Program-made: the position numbers and the translations under genes
IMG/VR virus record: IMGVR_UViG_3300042505_000794
Coordinates: 1 to 64,000 of that record
Reading direction: 5' to 3' (one strand)
Length of the DNA: 64,000 bases
Source of the DNA: a virus
Shown here: positions 29,801-40,197 of the stretch, piece after piece
Layout: each line of letters begins with the position of its first letter
Position numbering within the stretch: the first letter of the stretch is position 1
The notes under the pieces: generated by a model
The model's database searches: none
Told to the model about the DNA's origin: nothing
The model's input: only the letters and a program-made list of their open reading frames with translations

Positions 29801-32800
29801 TACCAGCTTTCACTGGAGATGTAGTATCTCCAATTGGTACCGGTAACCTAACGCTAACCAATACAGGTGTATCAGCTGGTACCTACAATTCAGTAACCGT
29901 AGATACGAAGGGACGTGTATTATCAGGTGTAAATACATCAATGTACTCTTCAACCGAGGTTGATGCAAAACTAACAGCAAAAATAGATGCATCGAAAATT
30001 AATTCACCTAATGGTGTAGTAGGATTAAACGCTAATAGTAAAATTAATCCAGCTTACTTACCAGCGGTAGCAATAAACAACAGATATGTATGTGAGACCT
30101 TAAACCAACGTAACTTATTAAACGTTGTCATCGGTGATATCGTTATAGTAGCTGGATCGACAAATAAATCGTATATATTAAATGCGTTACCCGCTGATAC
30201 TAACGAAAATTGGTTAGAAATATTAAACCCAACAGGTGGTGTACAATCATTTAACGGTACGGTAGGTGAAATTCTCTTTTCAGCAAACGACCTAACAGGG
30301 ACCGTACAACCAGGTACATTACCACCATTCGTAGGTGATGTATCATCTGCTGGTGGCACCAATCAACTAACACTACGTACAGTTGTACAACCTGGTACGT
30401 ACAATCGAATTACGGTTAATGAAAAGGGTTTAGTTGTTGATGGTCACACTGTTAATTACGCAGCTGATGCAACCCAAATCACTGAAGGTACATTAGCTGA
30501 TGCAAGATTAAGTTCAAATGTAGTGCTTACTAATGATGTACGCTTATCAGATCACCGTATACCACTACCACATACAACGGATGTTATTACGGATTTTGAA
30601 GCTGCTGTTACCGATATAATATCAACATCTATGGTAACTTCAGCAAATAGTGTAACATCTGTTAACAGTAGATTAGGCGATATAGTACTTTCCAAAGCAG
30701 ATGTAAATTTATCAAACGTTGATAACACATCTGATGCTAATAAACCCGTTAGTACAGCTGCCCTAGCAATGTTATCTCTTAAAGAAGATAAATCGCGTAA
30801 AAACGTCGCTGGTGGATATGTAGGGTTAAATGACTCTGGTAAAATTGATACCAGTTTATTACCAGCAATGGCAATTAATTCGAGATTTGCAGTATCAACA
30901 TTAGTACAAAGAAACGCACTATCAGCAACCGTCGGCGATATTGCAATAGTAGCTGGTGTAATCAACAAATCATATATATTAAATGAATTACCTCCAAGTG
31001 TTAATAATAATTGGATGGAGTTACTTGCACCTACTGGAAGTGTAACAGCAGTTAATAACCAAACAGGTAACGTTGAAATATCATTAGCTAATATTTCAGG
31101 TAACTTACCTGTAACTAAAATGCCTGCACTATCAGGAGATATTAGTTCAATATCAGGTACCGGGACTCTCACATTAGTTAATACAGGTGTTGCAGCTGGA
31201 ACATACAACACGGTTACAGTTGATAAAAAGGGACGTGTAATATCAGGTACATTAACATCAAGTGTTAATAATGCAACAACCTTAAACGCTAATAATTTAA
31301 CATTAGGTACTGTACCAATTGGTAGATTACCTGCGTTGATTGGTGATGTTGTTACAACTATTGGCAGTAATATCACTACATTATCTAATACCGGTGTTGA
31401 ACCAGGTACATATACATCTGTCACAGTCGATAATAAAGGTCGAGTTATAGCGGGTACAGTATCTACATCAAGTGCAACAGACGCATCCAACTTAACATCG
31501 GGTACTGTACCAATCAGTCGGTTACCTGCTTTCATAGGTGATGTAACGTCTACGGTTGGAACAAATTCATTAGTATTAAACGCTACAGGTGTTGCGCCTG
31601 GAATATACAATTCCGTTACAGTAGATCGAAAAGGTCGTGTTACCGCAGGTACATCTACGTCAATTTACTCATCTAATGAAATTGATGTAAAATTACAAAC
31701 TAAATTAGATACTAATAAACTCAACCAACCAAACGGGTATGTAGGGTTAAACACCAATAGTAAAATTGACCTACAATATTTACCATCTATCACACTCAAT
31801 GAAAATTACGTTGTTAATGACTTAATTGAACGTAATGCAACATCAGCAAGTGTAGGTGACATTGCTATTGTTTTAGGTTACGTGAATTCGTCCTTTATGC
31901 TTACAGCTTTACCTGCATCAGACGATAACAATTGGGTTGAACTATTAAATCCAAGCGGTGGTGTATTAGCAGTTAACGGTAGCACAGGAACTGTGTCAAT
32001 AACCCTAGCTAATATACCTGGTGTACTTCCTGCAAATAAACTTCCGGTACTCACAGGTGATGTTAGTTCTGTTAACGATGTAGTTTCTTTATCATCTACT
32101 GGTGTATCACCTGGTGCATATAATTTAGTCACCGTGGATGCTAAAGGTCGAGTTACACAAGGTAATAATGCAACTACAGCTGCTGGGTTAGGAATCACTG
32201 ACGTTGTAAACGTTAATATGTTGCCTAGTGGTGATGCAACATCATCTCAGCTTGTTAAAGGTAACGATAGTCGGTTAACAGATTCTCGGAATCCAACATC
32301 ACACGTTCATATTTCAAGTGAAATTTCTGATCTAGAAGATGCAATTACATCAGCTATAAACAATTTAAAAGATGGTGTTGATACACAAGCTGATACACTT
32401 AAAAAATTATATGAGCTCATAATAGCTGGTACAACCGAAATTATAGTACCAAATATTACAGCAAGGAATGCATTGGTAATATCTAATACCAAAACAAACG
32501 TGTTTGTTCAAGATGATGGTGATGGACAGTGGGCATTATATAAAGCTGTTACTCTAGGTGTTAACGCTACCTACGTTAAATTATCAGATCCTACTATAAT
32601 CAACGATATCGTCGGGTTTAGCGCAGAATCATCAGCTAATAAAGATGCAGATAACACGTTGTCATCAAACAGTGATGTTAAGTATCCAACACAGAAAGCT
32701 GTAAAATCATATGTTGATACTGTAACCGCTACAAAAGTTGATGGGTACGCTTTATCTACGCTATTATCTGAAAAAGCAAGTTTGTTATATGTTAATAACA

Positions 32801-35343
32801 GTCTCGATTCAAAAGCTAGCGTTGAATACGTAGATACCGCATTAACTTCTAAACTCAACACCTCGTTATTACCTGTAAATGATAATGCATCTGTTTATCA
32901 AATTGTAATGGGTAACGATACTAGACTATCTGATGCACGTGCACCTCTCCCTCACACTACGTCATTGATAACTAATTTTGATACATCTGTATCTAATTTA
33001 ATTGCAGATTCAGTTGAATCAGCTATGTTGAGTTATGCAGGTGGTGTTACATCGATTAACAGTCTAACAGGTGACGTAACATTCAATGCTGCTTCAATAG
33101 GTTTATCAAATGTTGATGATACATCTGACATCAATAAACCTGTAAGCACAGCTGTCGCGGTAGCATTAGGTAGTAAAGAGTCAATAACTAATAAAAACAT
33201 TGCTGGTGGATACGTAGGGCTTAACAACCAAGGTAAAATTGATTCTAATTACATACCTTCAATGTCCATCAACACAAAATATGTACGTGAAACATTAGCT
33301 GAACGTAATGCGGTGTCAACTGCAAATATTGGCGATATTGTAGTGGTGACAGGACTTGTAAACTCTACATATATATTATCCGCGTTACCTCCAAGTGTTG
33401 ATAATAATTGGTTCGAGTTAACTAATACGTTAGGTGGTGTAAATACAATTAACGGAATGTCAGGTACGGTATCATTATCGTTATCATCATTACCAGGTAC
33501 CCTACCAGCTGCTAAATTCCCAGCATTCACTGGAGATGTAACATCAGTAGTTGGATCTAATGTACTTTCGTTAGCTGTTACTGGTGTTGCTCCAGGTACA
33601 TACAATTCTGTAACAGTTGATGCAAAAGGTAGAGTAACTGCTGCTGATGTGGTTTCAACAACTACTGTGAATGCAAGTTTATTAACAACAGGAACATTAG
33701 CTAAAGAGCGTTTACCTGCTTTCGCAGGTGATGTAACAGCATCGCCAGGTACAGGTACATTATCATTGAAACCGTCAGGTGTCTCAGCTGGTACATATAA
33801 CTCTGTAACAGTTGATGCAAAAGGTAGAGTAACCGCAGGTTCAATAATATCTGTTGGATCTTCTAATGCGAGTGATTTAACAAATGGTGTTCTACCTGTT
33901 GGACGTTTACCAGCATTCACAGGTGATGTTACTTCACAACCTAGTACAAATAGCTTAGTGCTATCTAATACTGGCGTAGTAGCAGATACATATAATTCTG
34001 TTACCGTTGATAGAAAGGGACGAGTATTATCTGGTTCAAAAATTCCATCATATACCGCTGCACAGATTGATTCAGCTTTATTTACAAAACTAGATATAAC
34101 AAAAGCTAATCAACCAGACGGGTATGTGAGTTTAGATTCAAACTCAAAGATAGATCAAGCATTCTTACCATCGATAACGTTAAACAACCGTCACGTTGTA
34201 ACTACGTTAACCGAACGTAACGCACTGGTCGCTAACGTCGGTGATGTTGCAATAATAGCTGGTGAGATTAACAAAACCTACGTTTTAAATCTATTACCAG
34301 TGAGCATAGATGACAATTGGTTGGAATTGGTTAACCCAGTAGAAACTGTTACGTCTTTGAATGGTCTCACAGGTGTTGTTTCGTTGACAGCTGGTGACTT
34401 AACTGGTACCCTGGATCATAGCGTACTACCTGCATTTGAAGGTGATGTGAATTCAGTTGAGGGGTCCAATATTCTTAACTTAAGTAACAGTGGTGTTACA
34501 TTAGGTACATATAACACTGTTACAGTTAATGCAAAAGGTATAGTAACCTCTGCGTATAACGCATCTACAATTGAACAATTAGGTTTAGAAAACGTATATA
34601 ATAAAATTGAAATTGCAAATTTATTACATTCGAAACACGATGATAGTAGTGAACTGAATGCATCTAAGCTCACGTCAGGTACTGTATCATCAACCGTATT
34701 ACAAGATGTTGTAGAATCTGGAACATATTTAACAGTTACTGTCGATACCAAGGGTCGAGTGATCGGTGGCGTGACTTCAACGAACACTGCTGCACCAGGT
34801 CAAGTATTTGTATCATTAGATGCACAAACAGGTGAATGGCAAGATGTACCATCAGGTACTAATGCAAGTTCACTTGTAACAGGTACTATTAGCGTTGATC
34901 GTTTACCGGTATCAGGTGCAGCTGCAGGTAACTATGGTACAGTTACCATTGATAGTAAAGGTCGTGTAACTGGAGGGGTGTCATCAACTAATACTGCTAG
35001 TGCCGGTCAAGTATTTGTAGCTTCTAATTCAACCGTAGGTACTTGGGTAGATGTTCCATCAAGTACAGATGCAGGTACACTAACAGAAGGTGAATTAGAT
35101 CCTAATCGACTTCCAAATACAGGTATATCAGCTGGTACGTACGATATGGTATCTGTAGATACAAAGGGACGAGTTGTTGGAGCAGCCGTAACGAACAAGC
35201 TCCCAGTAAGTGTATACAGAAGAAACAAAACTACAACGGACCATTTAGTAACTGTACAGATGGGTGAAACAGGATTCGATGTACTACCTATATCAGTATA
35301 TAAACGAAACACTGTAATTTCATCTTACAATATTATAGTGTAA
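26875..35343 (+). CDS. Giant repetitive fibre protein (2822 aa)
   Basis: Many LPAFTGDV...GTYNSVTVD.KGRV..G, GYVGLN...KID..YLP and GLSNVDNTSD.NKP repeats; TAAATA at 26811; AGGAG RBS. Confidence 0.85.
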   Translation: MLSDGVRYLEGSSIVNLVLPNFEADDKVNIQSPDPGEIIYQTTGTKGVYYYTGSSWVRLRASSDGQTIAISDLPAFTGDVESLPGTNVLTLNNITTAGSYTKVSVDAKGRVISGTSPTILSELGITDVYTKSYIDSLQTVKSINGKSGIILKLDVTDINGLASSATIDTTNASNITSGTLQRARLPLYTGDVISSALTSDLILKSVVSAGTYNKVQVNTKGLVVSGTQESTLAGLGITDAVGASMLPRGNATPAQLVLGNDTRLTDARTPKEHTHTVDQIVSLDETISNAIDLAQSTTNSQLALKEDKINKGAAGGYVGLNAEQKIDSIYLPSLTLNNVFTATTLEQRNALTANKSDIAIVAGSINKTFILQQLPASDSNNWLEMLNPTGGVTSVNAQTGAVSISLASLPGVLNLTSFPNSGVAAGLYNSISVDVKGRVTSGTFAPVYNKDEIDTKLSSKLDTITANVANGYASLDNQGKLNPSVLSNIALNNRYVVPSLQARNELVAAVGDIVIVTGNINKTYVLNVLPTSSNTNWLELLSSTGSVTSVNGYDGSINLSLSDIPGVLPISSFPVVSGDVLSQEGTAVIRLKDITTEGTYSKVTVNSKGLVVSGELTDASSLDATNITQGTLSDARLSSNVVLSTDQRLINARAPLPHTTDAITNFTAAVQGVVNTSVADLGNIVHTVNGEYGDVNITKTSIGLNHIDNTADINKPVSAAVAAELALKETPTNKGTAGGYVGLNSSTKIDSIYLPALPLSNRFVVESLSERNALTVSVGDIVVVADGVNNSYILNALPSTSDSNWIQLLTPASAVTSVNGNVGEIILDHDNIPGIVPTSKLPAFTGDAISSTGSNILSLTTSGVSPGTYNSVTVDAKGRVTAGSNINSGSSSFESGNASLLNVGQLPVARLPAFTGDVGAPAGTGQLYLSATGVVAGTYNSVTVDVKGRVLSGTNISIDVSNAANLTVGTLNKQRLPAFTGDVVSPIGTGNLTLTNTGVSAGTYNSVTVDTKGRVLSGVNTSMYSSTEVDAKLTAKIDASKINSPNGVVGLNANSKINPAYLPAVAINNRYVCETLNQRNLLNVVIGDIVIVAGSTNKSYILNALPADTNENWLEILNPTGGVQSFNGTVGEILFSANDLTGTVQPGTLPPFVGDVSSAGGTNQLTLRTVVQPGTYNRITVNEKGLVVDGHTVNYAADATQITEGTLADARLSSNVVLTNDVRLSDHRIPLPHTTDVITDFEAAVTDIISTSMVTSANSVTSVNSRLGDIVLSKADVNLSNVDNTSDANKPVSTAALAMLSLKEDKSRKNVAGGYVGLNDSGKIDTSLLPAMAINSRFAVSTLVQRNALSATVGDIAIVAGVINKSYILNELPPSVNNNWMELLAPTGSVTAVNNQTGNVEISLANISGNLPVTKMPALSGDISSISGTGTLTLVNTGVAAGTYNTVTVDKKGRVISGTLTSSVNNATTLNANNLTLGTVPIGRLPALIGDVVTTIGSNITTLSNTGVEPGTYTSVTVDNKGRVIAGTVSTSSATDASNLTSGTVPISRLPAFIGDVTSTVGTNSLVLNATGVAPGIYNSVTVDRKGRVTAGTSTSIYSSNEIDVKLQTKLDTNKLNQPNGYVGLNTNSKIDLQYLPSITLNENYVVNDLIERNATSASVGDIAIVLGYVNSSFMLTALPASDDNNWVELLNPSGGVLAVNGSTGTVSITLANIPGVLPANKLPVLTGDVSSVNDVVSLSSTGVSPGAYNLVTVDAKGRVTQGNNATTAAGLGITDVVNVNMLPSGDATSSQLVKGNDSRLTDSRNPTSHVHISSEISDLEDAITSAINNLKDGVDTQADTLKKLYELIIAGTTEIIVPNITARNALVISNTKTNVFVQDDGDGQWALYKAVTLGVNATYVKLSDPTIINDIVGFSAESSANKDADNTLSSNSDVKYPTQKAVKSYVDTVTATKVDGYALSTLLSEKASLLYVNNSLDSKASVEYVDTALTSKLNTSLLPVNDNASVYQIVMGNDTRLSDARAPLPHTTSLITNFDTSVSNLIADSVESAMLSYAGGVTSINSLTGDVTFNAASIGLSNVDDTSDINKPVSTAVAVALGSKESITNKNIAGGYVGLNNQGKIDSNYIPSMSINTKYVRETLAERNAVSTANIGDIVVVTGLVNSTYILSALPPSVDNNWFELTNTLGGVNTINGMSGTVSLSLSSLPGTLPAAKFPAFTGDVTSVVGSNVLSLAVTGVAPGTYNSVTVDAKGRVTAADVVSTTTVNASLLTTGTLAKERLPAFAGDVTASPGTGTLSLKPSGVSAGTYNSVTVDAKGRVTAGSIISVGSSNASDLTNGVLPVGRLPAFTGDVTSQPSTNSLVLSNTGVVADTYNSVTVDRKGRVLSGSKIPSYTAAQIDSALFTKLDITKANQPDGYVSLDSNSKIDQAFLPSITLNNRHVVTTLTERNALVANVGDVAIIAGEINKTYVLNLLPVSIDDNWLELVNPVETVTSLNGLTGVVSLTAGDLTGTLDHSVLPAFEGDVNSVEGSNILNLSNSGVTLGTYNTVTVNAKGIVTSAYNASTIEQLGLENVYNKIEIANLLHSKHDDSSELNASKLTSGTVSSTVLQDVVESGTYLTVTVDTKGRVIGGVTSTNTAAPGQVFVSLDAQTGEWQDVPSGTNASSLVTGTISVDRLPVSGAAAGNYGTVTIDSKGRVTGGVSSTNTASAGQVFVASNSTVGTWVDVPSSTDAGTLTEGELDPNRLPNTGISAGTYDMVSVDTKGRVVGAAVTNKLPVSVYRRNKTTTDHLVTVQMGETGFDVLPISVYKRNTVISSYNIIV

Positions 35344-35396
35344 AAATACACATTAAATATAAGTTACAACCAAATAAATGAACGGAGAATTTAATA

Positions 35397-36485
35397 ATGA
35401 ATTTTGACGGTATCAAGCTCGTTGAGGGATCAGCTAACTACAATATTGTAGCTACGACTCTAACACAGTCTCAACGACAATCCTTGCAAACCCTTGAACT
35501 AGGTGAAATTATATATGTTACAGATGGAACTGCCCCAGGTATACAAGTGTATAACGGTTCCGGATGGAGTAATTTATCATTAGTGACAGCTACAAATACT
35601 TCAGTTACACCTACCGGTGGTATATCAGCAACTAATGTTCAATCTGCGTTAGCAGAACTAGATACAGAAAAAGCATCTGCAAGCTCATTATCAACTGTTG
35701 CAGTATCTGGTCTATATGCTGATTTATCAAATAAACCTGATTTAGCTTTAAAAGCTGACTTAGTAAACGGTAAAGTCCCATCATCGCAAATACCAGATTC
35801 AGTATTAGGTCAACTTGAATACCAAGGTGTTTGGGATATGTCTGTTGCTATGCTACCCGCCGCTCCAGAAAATAAAGGACATTATTATGTAGCCAATGCG
35901 GCAGGTAATGGCTATAATGTCGGTGATTGGGCTGTAAGTAACGGTATGACTTGGGATAAAGTAGATAATACTGACTCTGTTTTCTCGGTCAACGGGTATA
36001 CTGGAACTGTAACTATTACAAAAACTGATATAGGTTTAGGGAACGTTAATAATACGTCAGACGCAAATAAACCAATTAGTACCGCTGCACAAACAGCATT
36101 AGATCTTAAAGCTAATCTAGCTGGCGCTTCATTTACAGGAAATGTTGGTACCTCAGGTACAATATCGGATGGCATAGGTAATGTTCGAGCTATTCCTCAA
36201 AATCTACAATCAGCAGCGTACACATTAGTCGCATCAGATGCTGGTAAACATATTAATCTTACGACAGGCGGAGTAACAATACCTGCAGGTGTATTTGCTA
36301 TTGGAGACTGTATCATTATTTACAATGATAGTTCGACAACTCAAACGATAACTTGTACAGCTGTTACTGCGTACGTTAGTGGTACTAATGCAGTAAAATC
36401 TACGGTTATTTTAGCAGCTAGAGGGTTAGCGACGTTAATGTTTAACAGATTAACAGATGTAGTTATCTCAGGTGACGTTACCTAA
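35397..36485 (+). CDS. Fibre protein (shared N-terminal module, type B C-terminus)
   Basis: EGS...GEIIY...YNGSGW N-terminus; IPQN.Q..AYTL..SD.GKHI...SGDVT C-terminus. Confidence 0.75.
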   Translation: MNFDGIKLVEGSANYNIVATTLTQSQRQSLQTLELGEIIYVTDGTAPGIQVYNGSGWSNLSLVTATNTSVTPTGGISATNVQSALAELDTEKASASSLSTVAVSGLYADLSNKPDLALKADLVNGKVPSSQIPDSVLGQLEYQGVWDMSVAMLPAAPENKGHYYVANAAGNGYNVGDWAVSNGMTWDKVDNTDSVFSVNGYTGTVTITKTDIGLGNVNNTSDANKPISTAAQTALDLKANLAGASFTGNVGTSGTISDGIGNVRAIPQNLQSAAYTLVASDAGKHINLTTGGVTIPAGVFAIGDCIIIYNDSSTTQTITCTAVTAYVSGTNAVKSTVILAARGLATLMFNRLTDVVISGDVT

Positions 36486-36539
36486 TGTATCAGGTATATA
36501 AATAAAACGATGTTATATAATTAAATCAGGAGCTATACA

Positions 36540-38654
36540 ATGTTAGCAGATGGCTACCAATTAGCAGAAGGTACCTCAATAACCAATTTGGTACTAACCA
36601 ACGTTACCGAAATTCAAAAACTAGCTTTACCTACACCTAGCATAGGTGAAATCGTATATCAAACTAATAACAATAACGGGGTATACGTTTATACAGGTAC
36701 TGAATGGGTTAAGACCGCAACCGGTAGTGGTAATTTAACTTTACCCGCTTTTACTGGAGATATTGTATCAGATGTCGGGTCAAACGTACTACGATTATCC
36801 AATATTACAACCGCAGGTACATACACTAAAGTAACAGTTGATGCTAAAGGTCGTATATACTCAGGGCTATCACCAACACTAATAGCTGGGTTGGGTATTA
36901 CGGACGTATATACAAAAACTGAAATAGACACTCAAATGAGAGTAACATCTATTAACGGTAAAAAAGGAGTAATATCTAAATTAGCTCCCACAGATATCAG
37001 TGGACTTTCCGCAAGTGCTACAACTGATACTACGAATGCAGCAAATATTAGTACCGGTGTATTATCTCCAGCTAGAATGCCAGTGTTTACAGGTGATCTT
37101 CTCAACTCCCGCGATGATACATCCGTTGTATTGAGATCTATTACATCTAGTGGTACCTATAATAAAGTATCTGTTAATTCAAAAGGTTTAGTCACCAGTG
37201 GATCTGTTGAAACAACGTTGGCTGGATTAGGTATAACAGACGGTGTTAGCTCCAGTATGTTACCATCAGGTAACGCAACTACCTCACAATTAGTAAGAGG
37301 TAACGATACACGGTTAAATGATGCAAGACCACCTACAGCACATACACATTACGCTACCGACGTCGTCGACTTATCATCCTTGATAATTGATTCTATTTCG
37401 ACAGCTATACAAAATAATAATGACGCTCTTAGAAATGGTGTATCATCCAATGGAGATACATTAAGAAAATTATATGATTTGATTACTGCAGGTACAATTC
37501 AAATTCCGGTACCTAATATTGCTGCAAGAGATGAATTGAATATTACCTCGATGTCTGTAACAGTATTTGTTGAAAATGATACGAATGGTGCATGGGCTGT
37601 ATATAAGCCTACGTCACTCGGTATCAATGCAAATTATATGAAGCTTACCGATAAAGCTAGTTTAACTACTGCTACCGGTACATCTGTAGAAATCGTAGCA
37701 AATAAAGATACAGATGGTACGTTTAGTATGAATAGCGATATTCGGTACCCCTCTCAACGCGCTGTAAAAACTTACATTGATAACCGTATACGAGCAGCTG
37801 GACCGCAAACAACTGGAGCTATAGCATCTAGTGTTCATTCTATCAATGGTTATACACCAGATTTAACCGGTGATGTCGTTTTACCAAACGTTTTATCAAT
37901 TAACGGGTATAGTCCTAATGTTAACGGGTATGTATCAATACCTATCATTGAATCTATCAACGGATTGTCTCCAGATATTAACGGTGATATTACACTATCA
38001 AGTATTCTAGCTATTAATGGTTTCGTTCCAGATGGTACTGGTAGCATTAATTTTGATTATATATCTAGTATCAATGGACGTACCGGAACTATTAGTAAAA
38101 TCTTACCTGGTGATACGAGTGGGATTTTCAACTCATCTACCGGAAAAGTTCTTTCATCGTTGATGCCTGCTTTTTCAGGAGATGCTACATCTAATCCTGG
38201 GACTACGACACTAACCTTAAAAGATATGCCTAATTTATCAGCTGGTATATACAATGCGGTATCCGTTGATACCAAGGGTCGTGTTGTAGCTGGGCAATTT
38301 GTCAATTATGTAACATCTGATGCTAGCACGTTACAGTCCGGTACTATTAGCGGTGAACGATTACCCGCATTCTATGGTGATATCACAACCGATGGTAGTA
38401 CAGCTGAATTACGATTAACCCCTGTACCAAACTTAACACCTGGTACATATAATAGTGTGTCTGTAGATAATAAAGGTCGGGTCACACAAGGTGGTGTATT
38501 GGATACACTACCTGTAACCGTTGTTCGTCGTGGTAGACCTAATGTATCGTACAATATACCTATTGGAAATTTAGCAGGTTATGATTCTCTACCACTGATA
38601 GTAAGACGTCGCAATGGGTCTATTATGAATTATACTGTACCAACTAACTTATAA
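36540..38654 (+). CDS. Fibre protein (shared N-terminal module, type A C-terminus)
   Basis: Shorter paralog of the 2822-aa protein; TATAAATA at 36497. Confidence 0.75.
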   Translation: MLADGYQLAEGTSITNLVLTNVTEIQKLALPTPSIGEIVYQTNNNNGVYVYTGTEWVKTATGSGNLTLPAFTGDIVSDVGSNVLRLSNITTAGTYTKVTVDAKGRIYSGLSPTLIAGLGITDVYTKTEIDTQMRVTSINGKKGVISKLAPTDISGLSASATTDTTNAANISTGVLSPARMPVFTGDLLNSRDDTSVVLRSITSSGTYNKVSVNSKGLVTSGSVETTLAGLGITDGVSSSMLPSGNATTSQLVRGNDTRLNDARPPTAHTHYATDVVDLSSLIIDSISTAIQNNNDALRNGVSSNGDTLRKLYDLITAGTIQIPVPNIAARDELNITSMSVTVFVENDTNGAWAVYKPTSLGINANYMKLTDKASLTTATGTSVEIVANKDTDGTFSMNSDIRYPSQRAVKTYIDNRIRAAGPQTTGAIASSVHSINGYTPDLTGDVVLPNVLSINGYSPNVNGYVSIPIIESINGLSPDINGDITLSSILAINGFVPDGTGSINFDYISSINGRTGTISKILPGDTSGIFNSSTGKVLSSLMPAFSGDATSNPGTTTLTLKDMPNLSAGIYNAVSVDTKGRVVAGQFVNYVTSDASTLQSGTISGERLPAFYGDITTDGSTAELRLTPVPNLTPGTYNSVSVDNKGRVTQGGVLDTLPVTVVRRGRPNVSYNIPIGNLAGYDSLPLIVRRRNGSIMNYTVPTNL

Positions 38655-38666
38655 GGAGTTTAATAT

Positions 38667-40181
38667 ATGGCAGAGGCCCTAAGCTTGATCGAAGGATCTG
38701 TAAATGCAAATTTAGTATTTACAAATGTAACCAAAATACAGAAAGAAGCGTTAATTAATTTAGAAAAAGGTGAAACTGTTTATCAAACAGATGGATCGCC
38801 AAGCTTACAACTATATAACGGAACACAGTGGATTGCTATTGACGCAAAAAACGTGGTTGAGTATTCTGACAGTTCTGGTTTCCCTGCAGTTGGTAGTACT
38901 AACACGTTATATATCGACAAAACAAAAAATCTGGTGTACCGTTGGTCAAATTCTCAATACGTAAACATGTCATCTGGGTATGGTAAAGTTGGGTATGCTG
39001 GATTAATTGGTAACGGTGGTGTATCAAGTTTACCTATACCAACCGTAGATATAAAAGGTGTGTATTATGTAGCATCGTCATCAATCACATCTCAAAATAT
39101 TTCACTAAAAAGTGGTGACTGGGCAGTATGTAATGGTACGTCATGGGATAAAATTAACAACAATAATGCAGTTGTAACTGTAAATAGTGTATCTCCTGAT
39201 ATTAGTGGTAACGTCATGTTAACTGCTAATGATATCTCAGGCATTCCAGGTCTATATCAAAATACATTCATCGGTAACCAAACAGCACCAATATTTGTAT
39301 CTACTGTGACAACCGGTACAGCACCATTCACCATTAATTCTACCACGGTTGTACCAAATTTAAACGTAAATTTGATAAACGGTGTGACGGTTTCAGGTAC
39401 AGCAACCTTAGGACATGCGTTAATAGCTACCAGTGGTACTCAAGCTACTTGGCAAACCTTAGAATCAAAAGCTGATCTTGTTAATGGAAAAATACCTACT
39501 GCTCAATTACCTGATTCGATAGCTGGACAACTACATTATCTAGGTGTACGAAATATGTCAACCGCTTTACCAGCTGCTGCTGGATTAGCTGGAGGGTATT
39601 ATATAACATCAGTAGCTGGTAACGGTTATGCTGTAGGTGACTGGGCTATCAGCAATGGCGCATCATGGGATAAAATAGATAATACAGATGCGGTATCATC
39701 GGTTAATGGAAAAACTGGTGCTGTAACATTAACAAAAGCCGATATTATTTTAGATTCAGTTGACAACACAGCAGATATTAATAAGCCTATTAGCACACTA
39801 ACACAAGCTGCTCTAAACCAAAAAGCGAATTTGTCAGGAGCTACATTTACCGGAGATGTGAATGATAGTAGAGGTAATCTACGAGCTGTTCCTCAAAATA
39901 GTAGAACATCTGCATATACCTTAGCTCTGTCTGATATTGGTAAACATATTAGTATAACAACCGGTGGTATTACAGTACCATCAGGGATTTTTAGTGTAGG
40001 TGATGTTATAGTCATTTATAATAATAGCTCAACAGCTCAACCTATCACTTGTTCATCAGTAACCGCATATATGTCAGGTGTCGACGTTGTTAAAACCTCA
40101 ATGTCTATGTCTCCTCGCGGTTTATGTTCTGTTCTATTTTATAGCGCTACGAGTGCTGTTATTTCTGGCGATGTTTATTAA
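38667..40181 (+). CDS. Fibre protein (type B C-terminus)
   Basis: Same N- and C-terminal modules as 35397..36485. Confidence 0.75.
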   Translation: MAEALSLIEGSVNANLVFTNVTKIQKEALINLEKGETVYQTDGSPSLQLYNGTQWIAIDAKNVVEYSDSSGFPAVGSTNTLYIDKTKNLVYRWSNSQYVNMSSGYGKVGYAGLIGNGGVSSLPIPTVDIKGVYYVASSSITSQNISLKSGDWAVCNGTSWDKINNNNAVVTVNSVSPDISGNVMLTANDISGIPGLYQNTFIGNQTAPIFVSTVTTGTAPFTINSTTVVPNLNVNLINGVTVSGTATLGHALIATSGTQATWQTLESKADLVNGKIPTAQLPDSIAGQLHYLGVRNMSTALPAAAGLAGGYYITSVAGNGYAVGDWAISNGASWDKIDNTDAVSSVNGKTGAVTLTKADIILDSVDNTADINKPISTLTQAALNQKANLSGATFTGDVNDSRGNLRAVPQNSRTSAYTLALSDIGKHISITTGGITVPSGIFSVGDVIVIYNNSSTAQPITCSSVTAYMSGVDVVKTSMSMSPRGLCSVLFYSATSAVISGDVY

Positions 40182-40197
40182 TTATCGGTAAATATTA

